DNA of 64,000 nt, from contig CAVVTZ010000012.1 in the NCBI GenBank assembly GCA_963751275.1, forward strand, positions 64,831 to 128,830, read 5' to 3'. The stretch is from an uncultured Gemmatimonadaceae bacterium (GTDB taxonomy: Bacteria > Gemmatimonadota > Gemmatimonadetes > Gemmatimonadales > Gemmatimonadaceae). Positions 1 through 10,199 of this stretch are shown here, one piece after another; the first letter of the stretch is position 1, and each line of letters starts with the position of its first letter. A program made the position numbers and the translations under genes. A model generated the notes under the pieces. It searched no databases and was not told the DNA's origin. It was given only the letters and a program-made list of their open reading frames with translations.

Positions 1-507
1 GACACAGCCGCGCCGCCGCTCGCAATGCACCCGACGCCGGCGCCGCTCGGCGACCAGCGCACGCTCGCGATCGCGCCGCCAACGGCGACTCCGGCGCCAT
101 CCGCGCTCGTCGCGGCGCCGGCGCCGCGCGGCCGGCCGGTGACCAAGCCCGCACCGTCCAAACCGCTGCACCGCGCCACGCCGGCGCCGGCGAAGGCGCG
201 CGAGGCCGCGCCGCCGCCGGTGAACGCGCGCACCGCGACGGCGCCGCTCGTGCTCCAAGCGGCGCCCGCGCCTGCTTCCGTGCCGGCCGCGCCGCCGCCG
301 GCGCCGGTGGTGACGAAGGTCGACAGTGCGGCGCCCGCCGCGGTTCCCGCGCCCGCTCCGGCCGCCGTCGCGCCGGCCGCCGCGCCGCCGGTGGATGTCG
401 CCGCCGAATTGAAGGCGATCCGCGAGGAGCTCAACGCGCGCAAGCGGCGCGTGGATTCCCTCACCAAGTCGCTGGACTCGCTGAAGACCGCGTCGCCGCC
501 GCGCTGA
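1..507 (+). CDS. Pro/Ala-rich protein, 3' part (probably starts before the window), short C-terminal coiled segment
   Basis: Frame is open from position 1 to TGA 507; low-complexity PA-rich linker followed by AAELKAIREELNARKRRVDSLTKSLDSLK. Confidence 0.6.
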   Translation, partial: DTAAPPLAMHPTPAPLGDQRTLAIAPPTATPAPSALVAAPAPRGRPVTKPAPSKPLHRATPAPAKAREAAPPPVNARTATAPLVLQAAPAPASVPAAPPPAPVVTKVDSAAPAAVPAPAPAAVAPAAAPPVDVAAELKAIREELNARKRRVDSLTKSLDSLKTASPPR

Positions 508-514
508 TCCCCGC

Positions 515-1009
515 ATGCTGACGGTGCTGCTCACGATGTGGATCGCCGTCGCGGCGCCGCCTGCGACGGACTCGGTGGGCGTGAACCCGTTCCTGTGGTA
601 CGCGCCCGCGGCGCGCACCGCGCACCTGCGGGTCTCCGCCGGGCTCGATGGCAACAATGGCGGAATGAACTTCAACGGCGCTTCGAAGGGCGGCGCCACC
701 ATCACGATCCCCGCGGGCTGGAGAGTGCGCCTGTCGTTCGTCAACCGCGATGCGGTGCCGCATTCCGCGATCATCATCGCGGACCGCCCGCCGGTGCCGG
801 CGATCCCCGAGACGCCGGCGTTCGGCGGCGCCTACACCACCGGGCTCACCGCCGGTCTGTCCACCGACCAGACCGACGAGCTGAACTTCACGGCGTCGCC
901 GGCGGGACAGTACATTCTCGTGTGCGGCGTGCCCGGCCACGGCGCGAGCGGCATGTGGATCCGGTTCGTCGTGTCGCCCAATGCGGGGACGCCGGCCTAC
1001 ACCCAGTGA
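515..1009 (+). CDS. Sulfocyanin-like type-1 (blue) copper protein, exported
   Basis: Signal peptide; MNFNG..G..TITIPAGW.V..FVN.D..PHS and C-terminal CGVPGHGASGM copper-ligand loop. Confidence 0.85.
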   Translation: MLTVLLTMWIAVAAPPATDSVGVNPFLWYAPAARTAHLRVSAGLDGNNGGMNFNGASKGGATITIPAGWRVRLSFVNRDAVPHSAIIIADRPPVPAIPETPAFGGAYTTGLTAGLSTDQTDELNFTASPAGQYILVCGVPGHGASGMWIRFVVSPNAGTPAYTQ

Positions 1010-2277
1010 TGGATCCCTCAATGCTGAGCGCGGAACAGATCCAGGTCCTGATCTCGTACATCGGGGTCATCGTGCAGCTCGTGGGCTCGGTGCTCCTCGT
1101 GGTGTTCTTCTTCCTGCTGCGCCGCAACATGTCGCGGAAGGCGTACTTCGGCATGTGGGCGTGGGCGTGGCTCTTCGTGACGCTCGCGATCCTGATGCTC
1201 GTGTACCGCTACCGGGCGATGCCGAATTTCAATGCCGCCGGCGGCGACTCGGCGCTGAGCGTGCAGCTGCTCTACATGCTGTACATGTTCCTCAAGCTGC
1301 TCTACCTCGAGTGCCTCGTGGCCGGCACGGTGATGTACGCGACGGGGCTGCGCGTGCGGCGCTACTTCACGATCACGGTCATCGGCGCGGTGGCGTACTC
1401 GATCATCGCCGTGCTCATCGGGCAGAACCTGAACGCGATCGTCGTGTGGCAGACGCCGGTGGCGGTGGCGGGCTATACCTACTGCGCGTACACGCTGCTG
1501 CGCCTCTCGCCGTCGCGGCGCAGCCTGGGCAGCGAGACGACCGGCACGATCTTCGGCCTCGCGGGCGCGGTATGGGCGCTGTACGCGGGCGCCTTCGGGC
1601 TGAACCTGGTGGGCGATCCGGCGAGCAACCCGCTGATCGAGGTGGTGCGGCACAATTCGTACGTGGACATCCTTGTCCAGGTGCTCCTCGGGTTCGGCAT
1701 GGTGGTGATGCTGCTCGAGGATGCGAAGCGCGAAGTGGACGATGCGCACGCCGAGCTCGAGGTGGCGCACAATCACCTGCGGCGCGAGGCGCTGCTCGAT
1801 CCGCTCACCGAGGCGCTCAACCGACGCGCGTTCAGCGAGGGCGTCGGCCTCGAGTCGGCGAAGGCGGCGTTCGGCGCGGTCGCCATGCTCGACATGGACA
1901 ATCTCAAGGTGATCAACGACTCCCACGGCCACGCCGCAGGCGACGCGCTGCTGCGCTATCTGGTGCGCGTGTTGCGCGGAACGGTGCGCCCGTCGGATCG
2001 CGTGTACCGGTGGGGCGGGGACGAGTTCCTCGTGGTGCTGCCCGGCGCGACGCTCGAGGACGCGGAGTACCGGCTCGGCCACGCGCTAACGACCGCGATG
2101 CCGCTGATGCTGCCGGGGATCACCGAGCCGCTGGCGCTCTTGGTGAGCGTGGGCTGCGCGCCATTCGCGGGAGCCGAGGAGTTGATCGTGGCGATCGAGG
2201 CGGCGGATCAAGCGATGTACGCGCAGAAGGCGCGCCGGAAATCGCGCGGGTCGGCCGCCGCGCAGTCGGTGGCGTGA
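1009..2277 (+). CDS. Membrane diguanylate cyclase (multi-TM N-terminus + GGDEF)
   Basis: ATG overlaps upstream TGA; about 7 hydrophobic helices; DPLT..LNRR, DMDNLKVINDSHGH, RPSD I-site, RWGGDEF. Confidence 0.92.
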   Translation: MDPSMLSAEQIQVLISYIGVIVQLVGSVLLVVFFFLLRRNMSRKAYFGMWAWAWLFVTLAILMLVYRYRAMPNFNAAGGDSALSVQLLYMLYMFLKLLYLECLVAGTVMYATGLRVRRYFTITVIGAVAYSIIAVLIGQNLNAIVVWQTPVAVAGYTYCAYTLLRLSPSRRSLGSETTGTIFGLAGAVWALYAGAFGLNLVGDPASNPLIEVVRHNSYVDILVQVLLGFGMVVMLLEDAKREVDDAHAELEVAHNHLRREALLDPLTEALNRRAFSEGVGLESAKAAFGAVAMLDMDNLKVINDSHGHAAGDALLRYLVRVLRGTVRPSDRVYRWGGDEFLVVLPGATLEDAEYRLGHALTTAMPLMLPGITEPLALLVSVGCAPFAGAEELIVAIEAADQAMYAQKARRKSRGSAAAQSVA

Positions 2278-2281
2278 CGCG

Positions 2282-2668
2282 ATGAGGCTGCGCGACAAGG
2301 CGGAGATCATCATCGCCTGCGCGCTGCTGCCTCCCGCGCTCGAGGTGATCCCGGCGGCGCGGATCGCGGCGTGGCTGCGGCGCCTGCGTCCGCGCCGCGA
2401 CCGGTCGATCTCGGGGGAGCGATACGCGTCGGCGGTGGACCGTGTGCTGGATCGCGGGGCGCTGGTGTGGCGGAACACATGCCTGCGGCGCGCGGTGGTG
2501 CTCACGGCATTGTTGCGCCGGGCGGGACGTGATGCCGAGGTCGTGATCGGCGTGCGGCGGAGTTCCGACGGAAGGGTCGAGGCGCACGCGTGGCTGCGGT
2601 GCGATGGCGTGGAACCGTACCTCGAACCGCAGGATATCGAGTCATTCGTCCGGCTCACGCCTGCTTAG
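2282..2668 (+). CDS. Lasso peptide biosynthesis B2-like (transglutaminase-fold) protein
   Basis: TCLRRAVVL..LLRRAG..AEVVIGV....AHAWL.CDG pattern. Confidence 0.8.
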   Translation: MRLRDKAEIIIACALLPPALEVIPAARIAAWLRRLRPRRDRSISGERYASAVDRVLDRGALVWRNTCLRRAVVLTALLRRAGRDAEVVIGVRRSSDGRVEAHAWLRCDGVEPYLEPQDIESFVRLTPA

Positions 2669-2669
2669 A

Positions 2670-2811
2670 CACGAACTCCGCACGTCGAAACCCGAACGCC
2701 TCACGCGGTGCAGTCCGTTCGGCGCACGCCTCACGCCTCACGGCATTCGGGGTGCGCCTCACGCCACCGAATCAGTTCGGCGCACGCCTCACGCCTCACG
2801 GCGTTCGGGTT
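2670..2811. repeat. CCTCACG-heptamer repeat cluster R1 (two copies of a 35-nt core, 58-nt period)
   Basis: GTTCGGCGCACGCCTCACGCCTCACGGC(A/G)TTCGGG at 2717 and 2775. Confidence 0.85.
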
Positions 2812-2825
2812 GTGTAGGATGCAGA

Positions 2826-2860
2826 ACCGCCCGCGGCGCGTGATTCGCGCCGCGGGCGGT
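2826..2860. terminator. GC-rich hairpin between convergent genes
   Basis: ACCGCCCGCGGCGCG-TGATT-CGCGCCGCGGGCGGT, perfect 15-bp stem; no long U-tract. Confidence 0.6.
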
Positions 2861-2876
2861 CGTTCGTGCAAGGAGC

Positions 2877-3743
2877 TTAGTGGCAGTTGGAGACGTTGTG
2901 CGTGTCGAGGTCCAGATCGCACGTGACCCCTCCGTCCAGCAGCGTCGCGATGTTCGTGCCGTTGAAGGTCACCACGAGGCGGCGCGTGTCGGTCTGGTCA
3001 TAGGTGCCCGCCACGAAGTGCGTGGACTCATTGATCGTGATCGAGCCGGAGAGCGGGTACGGGTGCTGCGAGCGCGGCATTTGGAAGGTCACCGCCGCCA
3101 CGGTGTCGTAGCCGGTCTGCGTAAGGATGCGCTCCGCGCCGTTCGACGGGGTGTACGTCGCGACATGGTGCTGCGCGGCGGCGCCGGTCCAGATATGCTG
3201 CGGGCCGTTGACGGGCGTCGCGGCGACGCCGGCCGGGACGCGCAGCACGGCCATCGTCGCGGCGCTCGAGTCATCCACGGCCACGTCGCGGTTGGCGCGC
3301 GCCGAGGAGTTCACGGTGCCGTCGGCGGTCCACTTGAGATTCACCGAGTCCGTTGGCGACGGGTTGTTCCACCACAGGTCGTAGTTGGTGCCGGTCCAGA
3401 AGCGGATCGAGCGCGTGACGGTCAGGTCCACGCCCGAATCGAGCACGGCCACGCAGTTGTACCAGCCGCTGCCATCGGGGCCGCTGCAGTTCACGGTCGT
3501 CGGCGCGACGACCGCCGCCGAGGCGTTGCCGATATCGGTCGCGGCGCCGAAGGCGCTCTCATTCGAATTCAACTCGGCGATCGTCATGGCGGCGCCTTCA
3601 CCGGCCCCTTGGCGCGCGCCGTCGGCGACTTCCGCCGAGCTCGGCGCGCCGGACGACGACGTCGTATTGTCGCTCGAACAGGCGGCGAGGCCGAAGAGCA
3701 CGGCCGCGGCGCCCACGCTGTACGACAGGATCTTGCGGTTCAT
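2877..3743 (-). CDS. Hypothetical lipoprotein
   Basis: MNRKILSYSVGAAAVLFGLAAC lipobox; GAGG upstream; Thr/Ser-rich beta-type sequence. Confidence 0.8.
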   Translation of the reverse strand: MNRKILSYSVGAAAVLFGLAACSSDNTTSSSGAPSSAEVADGARQGAGEGAAMTIAELNSNESAFGAATDIGNASAAVVAPTTVNCSGPDGSGWYNCVAVLDSGVDLTVTRSIRFWTGTNYDLWWNNPSPTDSVNLKWTADGTVNSSARANRDVAVDDSSAATMAVLRVPAGVAATPVNGPQHIWTGAAAQHHVATYTPSNGAERILTQTGYDTVAAVTFQMPRSQHPYPLSGSITINESTHFVAGTYDQTDTRRLVVTFNGTNIATLLDGGVTCDLDLDTHNVSNCH

Positions 3744-3904
3744 ATCAAGGCCTCTGGAAATAAGGTGAACGGGTGCGGTCTCCCTGCTCACCGTGTCAGA
3801 CGAGCGGCCGCCGCCGACGTTAAGAGGCGATCCGCGGCCCCGCGCTTGCCCGCGCCGCGGCCACAACGTACATCTCGCGTCACCCATTCTCCGATAGCGG
3901 ATCA

Positions 3905-5347
3905 GTGACCCAGCGCACATCCGCGGGCGCCCAGGCGCCCGCCCGTTCCCGCACGAAGATCGTCTGCACGCTCGGACCCGCCTCCTCCTCCCCGGAGGTG
4001 CTGCGCTCACTCATGGAAGCCGGGCTCAACGTCGCGCGCATCAACTTCTCGCACGGCTCCCACGAGGAACACGCCGGCACGATCGCGACGGTGCGGCGGA
4101 TCGCGCGCGAATGCGGCGTCCCGTCGCGATCCTGGGCGACCTGCAGGGTCCGCGGATCCGCGTCGGCGATCTCGAGAAGCCGTTGCAGCTCGACGAGGGT
4201 GAGCAGGTGGTGCTCGCGCCGGAGGAGAGCGCCATCCCCGGCGAGATCCCGGTCACCTACGACGGCCTCGCGCGCGACGTCAAGCTCGGCAGCCGCATCC
4301 TGATGGACGACGGCCTGATCGAGCTCACCGTGACCGAGGTGCGCGCGCATGCCGTGGGCGCGCGCGTCGTGCACGGCGGCACGCTCCGCGAGCACAAGGG
4401 GATGAACCTCCCGGGCGTCGTGGTGAGTGCCCCGTCGCTCACCGACAAGGACCGCGCCGACATCGCCTTCGCCGTCGCGCAGGACCTCGACTATCTCGCG
4501 CTGAGCTTCGTGCGCAAGGCGGATGACATCCGGGCGCTGCGCGCGCTCGTGCCCAAGGGCCTCCTGCTGGTCGCGAAGATCGAGAAGGACACGGCGCTCG
4601 CGGACATCGTGCCCATCGTGGAGACGGCCGACGCGGTGATGGTCGCGCGCGGCGACCTCGGCGTCGAACTGCCCTTCGAGGAAGTGCCGATCGCGCAGAA
4701 ACGGATCATCGCCGTCGCCAACCAGATCGGCCGGCCGGTGATCACGGCGACGCAGATGCTCGAGTCGATGGTGACGAACCCGCGCCCGACGCGCGCCGAA
4801 GCGAGCGATGTCGCCAACGCGATCCTCGACGGCACGGACGCGGTGATGCTGAGCGCCGAGACGGCCGCGGGGGCGTACCCGCGCCTCTCCGTGGAGGCGA
4901 TGTCGCGGATCATCCAGGAGATCGAGCGTCACCCGGCGCCGCACCATGCGCGCCGCGCGCGGGACTCGGGCGGCGACGCGCCGGCGCGCACGGAGGATGC
5001 GATCGCCGCGGCGACCTCGGCCGCCGCGCACTCGCTGCACGCGCCGCTCGTGATCGTGTTCACCAAAGGCGGATCGAGCGCGCGGGTCGTGGCGTCGCAC
5101 CGGCCGGATGTGCCCATCCTCGCGGTCACCGACCTGGAGCGCACGTACCGGCAGCTCTCGCTCGTGTGGGGCGTGCAGCCGGAGCTCGTGACCCACGCCG
5201 ACAATTACGACCGAGATGTTCGCGCGCGCCCGCGAGGTGATCGAGCGCACGGGCATCGCGAAGCCCGGCGACCGCGTGCTCGTCACCGCCGGCGTGCCCT
5301 TCGACGTGCCCGGCTCCACCAATCTCCTCAAGGTGGAAGTGTTGTGA
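3905..5347 (+). CDS. pyk: Pyruvate kinase (frameshifts near 4120 and 5212)
   Basis: [65 protein letters not shown]-terminus [11 protein letters not shown] in another frame. Confidence 0.95.
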
Positions 5348-6124
5348 AGCTGACGTTCCTCGGCACCGGGACGAGCTACGGCGTTCCGCAGATCGGTTGT
5401 CACTGCGCCGTCTGCACGAGCACCGACCCTCGCGACCGGCGCACGCGGAGCGGCGCGGTGGTGGAGACCGATGCGGGGAAGCGGATCCTGATCGACACGC
5501 CCCCGAGCTGCGCCTGCAGCTCACCGGCGCGGGGATCGACGACGTGGACGCGGTGCTCTACACGCACGAGCACGCCGATCACACGCACGGCATCGATGAT
5601 CTGCGCGCGATCTCGCAGCGCGCGGCGCGCGCCGATCCCGGTGTACGGACCGGGCCCCACGATGGAGAGTCTCGCGAAGCGCTTCCCGTACATCTTCGAT
5701 GCGCTGATCCGGCCCGCGCCCGGCACGAACAAGCCCGAAGGGACGTTCCATGTGCTCGACCGCCGGCGTGAGCGAGCGGATCGGCGGCGTGGACGTGATG
5801 CCGGTGGCGGTGCCGCACGGCCCGATGCAGGTGCTCGGCTACCGCATTGGCGCGCTCGGGTACATCACGGATGCGAAGGAACTGCCGGCACCGGCGCTCG
5901 AGCTGTTCCGCGGCGTGCGCGTGCTGGTGCTCGACGCGCTGTTCCGGCACGCGCACCCGACGCACCTGTCGATCGACGAGGCGGTGGCGACAGCGCGCCG
6001 CACGGCGCGCCAGCGGACGTTCCTGACGCACCTGACGCACGAGAACGGCCATGCGGATCTCGTGCGCGAGCTGCCGCCCGACGTGCAGCCAGCGTACGAC
6101 GGACTCGTCATCACCATAGATTGA
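5344..6124 (+). CDS. MBL-fold metallo-hydrolase, PhnP-like (several frameshifts)
   Basis: [56 protein letters not shown] spread across three frames. Confidence 0.88.
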
Positions 6125-6162
6125 ATCGGGCCTCGTCACTGAGGGACTCGAAACCCGAAATC

Positions 6163-6251
6163 CGTGATTCGTCCCCCGAACTCCGTCAATGACGAGTGGT
6201 TCGTCGTGCTCGAACCACTCGTCATTGACGGAGTTCGGGGGACGTATCACG
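6163..6251. repeat. Palindromic element, CCCGAAC family, copy A
   Basis: CGTCCCCCGAACTCCGTCAATGACGAGTGGTTCG-loop-CGAACCACTCGTCATTGACGGAGTTCGGGGGACG. Confidence 0.9.
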
Positions 6252-6310
6252 CGCTTCGAGGTTCGAATGACGCAGTTCCCGTTTCTGAATACCTTCGACT
6301 GGAGTTCGAT

Positions 6311-6979
6311 ATGAAGCCATATTTGCTTGGCCTCGCCGCCGCAATGCTCGGGGTCGCCGCCTGTAGCAAGGGCGCGGACAAGTCCGCCGCCACGACCATC
6401 GATTCCGCCAAGCTGGCCGTGAATGACAGTGCGGCCGCACCCGCCGTTGCCGCCGCGCCGGCCGCCGTGCCGGGTGCCAAGGGTGCGAATCTCAAGCTCC
6501 ACCTGCCGGCGATCGCGCAGCTCAGCATGGCCAAGGCACCGCCCAATGCGAAGCGCGGGAAGGGGATCGGTCACGCCCCGCTCTGGATGAAGACCGAGCG
6601 CAACCCCAAGGACGACGACAACATCTGGACCGACAAGATCGACATGGCGGGCGACGGCGTCGCGGAGGACGCGGATCTGGTCGTGAGCGACGACACGCAC
6701 ACCGCCTACGCGTACGCCAAGGAGACCGTGCAGTGCAAGGACGGCACGGTGGTGGAAGGGGCCGAACTGATGGCGGTGTACCGGGCCAACAATACCTGGA
6801 AGCAGCCGGCCGGGTCGGGCTGGTATGCCACCGCGCTGACGCCGGGCCAGTGCGGCGCGACGCAGCCATCGATCTGGGGCGCGCGCTTCGACGCTTCTGG
6901 CAAGATCACCGCGGAAGGCTTCGCGACGATCGAGACGCCGTCCGGTGATCTCGTGATCCTCGCGACGCCGGCGAAATAG
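6311..6979 (+). CDS. Hypothetical lipoprotein
   Basis: GGAG SD; MKPYLLGLAAAMLGVAAC lipobox. Confidence 0.8.
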   Translation: MKPYLLGLAAAMLGVAACSKGADKSAATTIDSAKLAVNDSAAAPAVAAAPAAVPGAKGANLKLHLPAIAQLSMAKAPPNAKRGKGIGHAPLWMKTERNPKDDDNIWTDKIDMAGDGVAEDADLVVSDDTHTAYAYAKETVQCKDGTVVEGAELMAVYRANNTWKQPAGSGWYATALTPGQCGATQPSIWGARFDASGKITAEGFATIETPSGDLVILATPAK

Positions 6980-7072
6980 GTCCACGTTCCCGGTCACGGG
7001 TGACGCGAGCGGCGCCACGTGACCGGGAAGTTCCCTGACGCGCCCTGGCCGCGCGCGCGTTATCTTCCGGCC

Positions 7073-8501
7073 GTGCTGATTCCCGCCTCTCGCGGCCCGC
7101 TCCGGCGGCGCATCATTCCGCTTTCCGTCGCGCTCGTCGTGCTGGCCGTCGCCGGCTGCCCGAACACGAGCGAGCATCAGGTTCCCACACCGGCGCCGGT
7201 TGACACGTCACGTGCGCCTGTCGCCCCCGTAGATACGGCGCCGTCGCCGAAGCCGGAGCCGCCCCCACCGCCGCCGCCGCCGCCACCTCCGTCACCCGCG
7301 CCGGTGGTGGTCGCGGCGGCGCCGAAGCCGACACCCAAGCCGAAACCCAAGCCGAAGCCCAAGCCCAAGCCGCCGGCTACGCATCCCGCGGCGACGGTGG
7401 CGGTCGTGACGCCCAGGCCGGCGCCGGTCACCGCCCCGAAGACGACGCCGCCGAAGGGTAAGCGCTCGGGCACGGCGACACGGCCCAAGCCCAAAGCGAA
7501 GCCCACGCCGAAGCCGGTCGTGCCCGCCGGACCGACGGCGGCGGAACTCGCCGCCCGCGATTCCATCGCGCGCGCGTGGTACGCGGATTCGCTGGCGCGC
7601 GCGGCCGCGTGCCGCGATTCCGTGGCGCGCGCGGCCTTCGTGCGCGATTCCCTCGCGCGCGTCGCGTTCGTCCGGGATTCGCTCCAGCGAGTGGCGTGGG
7701 TGCGCGATTCGATCGCGCGCGTCGCCGCGCTCGAGGATTCCCTCGCGCGCGCAGCGGCGGCGACGAAGGCCGCCGAGGAGGATTCTGCCTACGGCCCCGA
7801 CGGCGCGATGCCGCGCATCCAGGATGATCCGTACATCACGAAGCCGACGGCGACCGTTCAGCTCACGTTCGTGAAGCAGGTCTACAACAACTACGACCAG
7901 ATCCAGTTCAGCTACGCGCGCCCCTTCATGCACAAGCAGGCGTCGTGGCAGATCGACGTCCCCTTCCAGCACTGGGACAGCGTGGGCGCCTCGAAGATCG
8001 TGAACGGCCCGGCGAACCTCACGTTCACCGTCAACAAGACGATCAGCGAGTCCAAGTGGCGCCAGATCGGCCAGCATCAGCCTCTCGCCGAACATCGGCA
8101 GCATCGTTCCGTATGAGATCGGCAACGACCAGTGGGTCGCGCTATTCCAATATTCGATCAGCCACTGGTTCGCGGACAATCGGGTGCAGCTGCGATTGAT
8201 GCCCACTGGCGATACGGCTTTGCCGTGGACACCCTGTATCGGAACAGCAGAAGAACGTGATCGTGCCGCGCGTGGTAGTGAGCGGGCGGATCACGTCCAA
8301 GGTGTGGGGGACGCTCGACTGGCGCCCCCGCTTCGACATCACGCGCGATCAGTACTACGCGACGCTCATGGCGCTCGTCTCGCGCCCGCTGCCGTGGTGG
8401 ACCTCGGTGCCCAGCTGGGCTATGAGTTCCCGCTCGACAGCCTCGCGAAGCGACGCGTGGAACTCCAGAAGGTGTACTTCACGGTCTCCAAGACCTTCTG
8501 A
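7073..8501 (+). CDS. Pro/Lys-rich lipoprotein with 10-aa RDS repeats and a probable C-terminal beta-strand/barrel domain (frameshifted after about 8070)
   Basis: VAGC lipobox; PKPKPK tract; seven xxxRDSxAR-type repeats; final frame ends VYFTVSKTF, resembling an outer-membrane C-terminal Phe signature. Confidence 0.6.
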
Positions 8502-8505
8502 TCCC

Positions 8506-9159
8506 ATGAACGCGCCGGCCGGCCTCATCGTGGCGGTGGAAGTCGGCGCGGTGATCACATCGGCGCTCTCGGGGATGATCACGGCGTTCCAGAAGCGGCT
8601 CGACATCGTCGGCGTCGCGTCGCTCGCGCTCGTGGCGGCCTTCGGCGGCGGCACGGTGCGCGACCTGCTCATCGACCGGCGGCCGTTCTTCTGGGACGCG
8701 CGCTGGGAGTACGTGCCGATCATCATCGGGATGACCATCGCGTTCGTCTATAGCGCGCGCTTCCACCGTGTGGCGCGCGCGCTGCACGAGCGCGCGGTGT
8801 TCATCGATGCGCTGGGACTCGCGCTCTTCTCGCTCACGGGATTGGCGTTCGCCCTCGACGCGCATCTCTCGCCCTTCGTGGCGGTGTTGATCGGCGTGCT
8901 CACCGGCACCGGCGGCGGCGTGATGCGCGACGTGCTGGTGAACGAGCTGCCGTTGATCTTCCGCCCGGGCGGGCGGCTCTACGCGCTGGCCAGCGCTGTG
9001 GGCTGCGGCGTGGCCGTCGCGGCGGGATGGGCGGGGCTCAGCGCGTTCGGCGCGGCCGTGATCGGATTCCTCACGATCGTGGGGCTCCGCATGGCCTCCG
9101 TGCGCTACGGTGTGCACGCGCCCGACCCGCTCTGGATGCGCGAGCCGGGCGATCGCTGA
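8506..9159 (+). CDS. TRIC/UPF0126 family membrane protein
   Basis: Duplicated motifs ALSG..FGGGTVRDLL and DALGLALF..GTGGGVMRDVL. Confidence 0.9.
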   Translation: MNAPAGLIVAVEVGAVITSALSGMITAFQKRLDIVGVASLALVAAFGGGTVRDLLIDRRPFFWDARWEYVPIIIGMTIAFVYSARFHRVARALHERAVFIDALGLALFSLTGLAFALDAHLSPFVAVLIGVLTGTGGGVMRDVLVNELPLIFRPGGRLYALASAVGCGVAVAAGWAGLSAFGAAVIGFLTIVGLRMASVRYGVHAPDPLWMREPGDR

Positions 9160-9166
9160 CGCGGCG

Positions 9167-10081
9167 CTAGAACGCCGCCGAGAGGTAGAACATCACACCC
9201 TGGATGTTGTAATTGATGTCCAGGTTGCCTCCATCCCGCAGATCCTTGTTGATGTTCAGGTCGATGTAGTGGTAGCCCGCGCCCAGGCCATAGTTGTGCA
9301 GCGGGAACCACTCGATCGCCAGCTTGTCATCGGTGACGTGCCCGCCGTAGCTCGCTATGTCGTTGATGTAGAGATACTCCAGCTGGCCGCGGAAGAAGAA
9401 TCGCGGCGCGAATTCCCAATCGCCGTAGAGGCCGAGCATCGGTGCCGGCGCGGTAATGCTGCCGCTGTGCTGCACGTTCGCGCCCTCTCCGCCGCCCAGA
9501 TTCGCGCTGAGCTTCAGTCCGGCGCTGAGCACCAGGCCGTCGATGCCGAGGCCGCCGCCCAGCTCCCACCGCTCCTTCCGCACGAAGTAGTACCGGTAGG
9601 TGAACCCGTAGTACTGGATGCCGCTGTTCGCGTGGACCGACGCGCCGGCGTGGTAGGTGGTGTCGCCGAAGGTGATGCTGTCGCTGATCGTCTTGTCGGC
9701 GCTGCGCTGGAAGCCGAAGTAGCCGAGCGTGATCAGCTGCTTCTTGCCGAGGCGCATCGCCGCGACCACTTCGAAGTTCTGCGTCTGGCGCTTGAGGCCG
9801 AGCCGGTTCTCGAGACCGACGTCGTCGCCGGGCAAGGTCGGCGACGAGAGCTGCACACTGGACGACACGCTCGGCAGGAACCCGCCCAGACTGATGGTGA
9901 AGTGCGCCGGCACGAGGCCGTACCGCTTCACCGTGTCGGTCAAGAAACCGAGCGGCTTCTTGCTGGGGGTCGTGTCGGGCGCCGCCTGCGCGGCGGCCGC
10001 AGCCGTAAGGATGACTGAGGCGAGAGCGGCGGCGAGTGCGAGGAGCGGCCGGCGGGGACGGATCAGCATGGAGATTCTCAT
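9167..10081 (-). CDS. Outer-membrane beta-barrel protein
   Basis: Signal peptide, alternating aromatic strands, C-terminal YLSAAF. Confidence 0.75.
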   Translation of the reverse strand: MRISMLIRPRRPLLALAAALASVILTAAAAAQAAPDTTPSKKPLGFLTDTVKRYGLVPAHFTISLGGFLPSVSSSVQLSSPTLPGDDVGLENRLGLKRQTQNFEVVAAMRLGKKQLITLGYFGFQRSADKTISDSITFGDTTYHAGASVHANSGIQYYGFTYRYYFVRKERWELGGGLGIDGLVLSAGLKLSANLGGGEGANVQHSGSITAPAPMLGLYGDWEFAPRFFFRGQLEYLYINDIASYGGHVTDDKLAIEWFPLHNYGLGAGYHYIDLNINKDLRDGGNLDINYNIQGVMFYLSAAF

Positions 10082-10199
10082 GGTTCGGGTGCAGTCCGGC
10101 GCCCGGCAGTCTCGACGGGGCGAGGTTCGGGGTGCAATCTACCACCTTACGGGACACTGTTACAGTTGTCAGAGTGCCACCAAACGCTAGAGGTCGACG

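Noticed and set aside
4111..6192. 693-aa pyruvate kinase-MBL hydrolase fusion ORF
   Set aside because: A frameshift near 5212 skips the true pyk C-terminus and stop (5347), which are present in another frame; probable indel artefact
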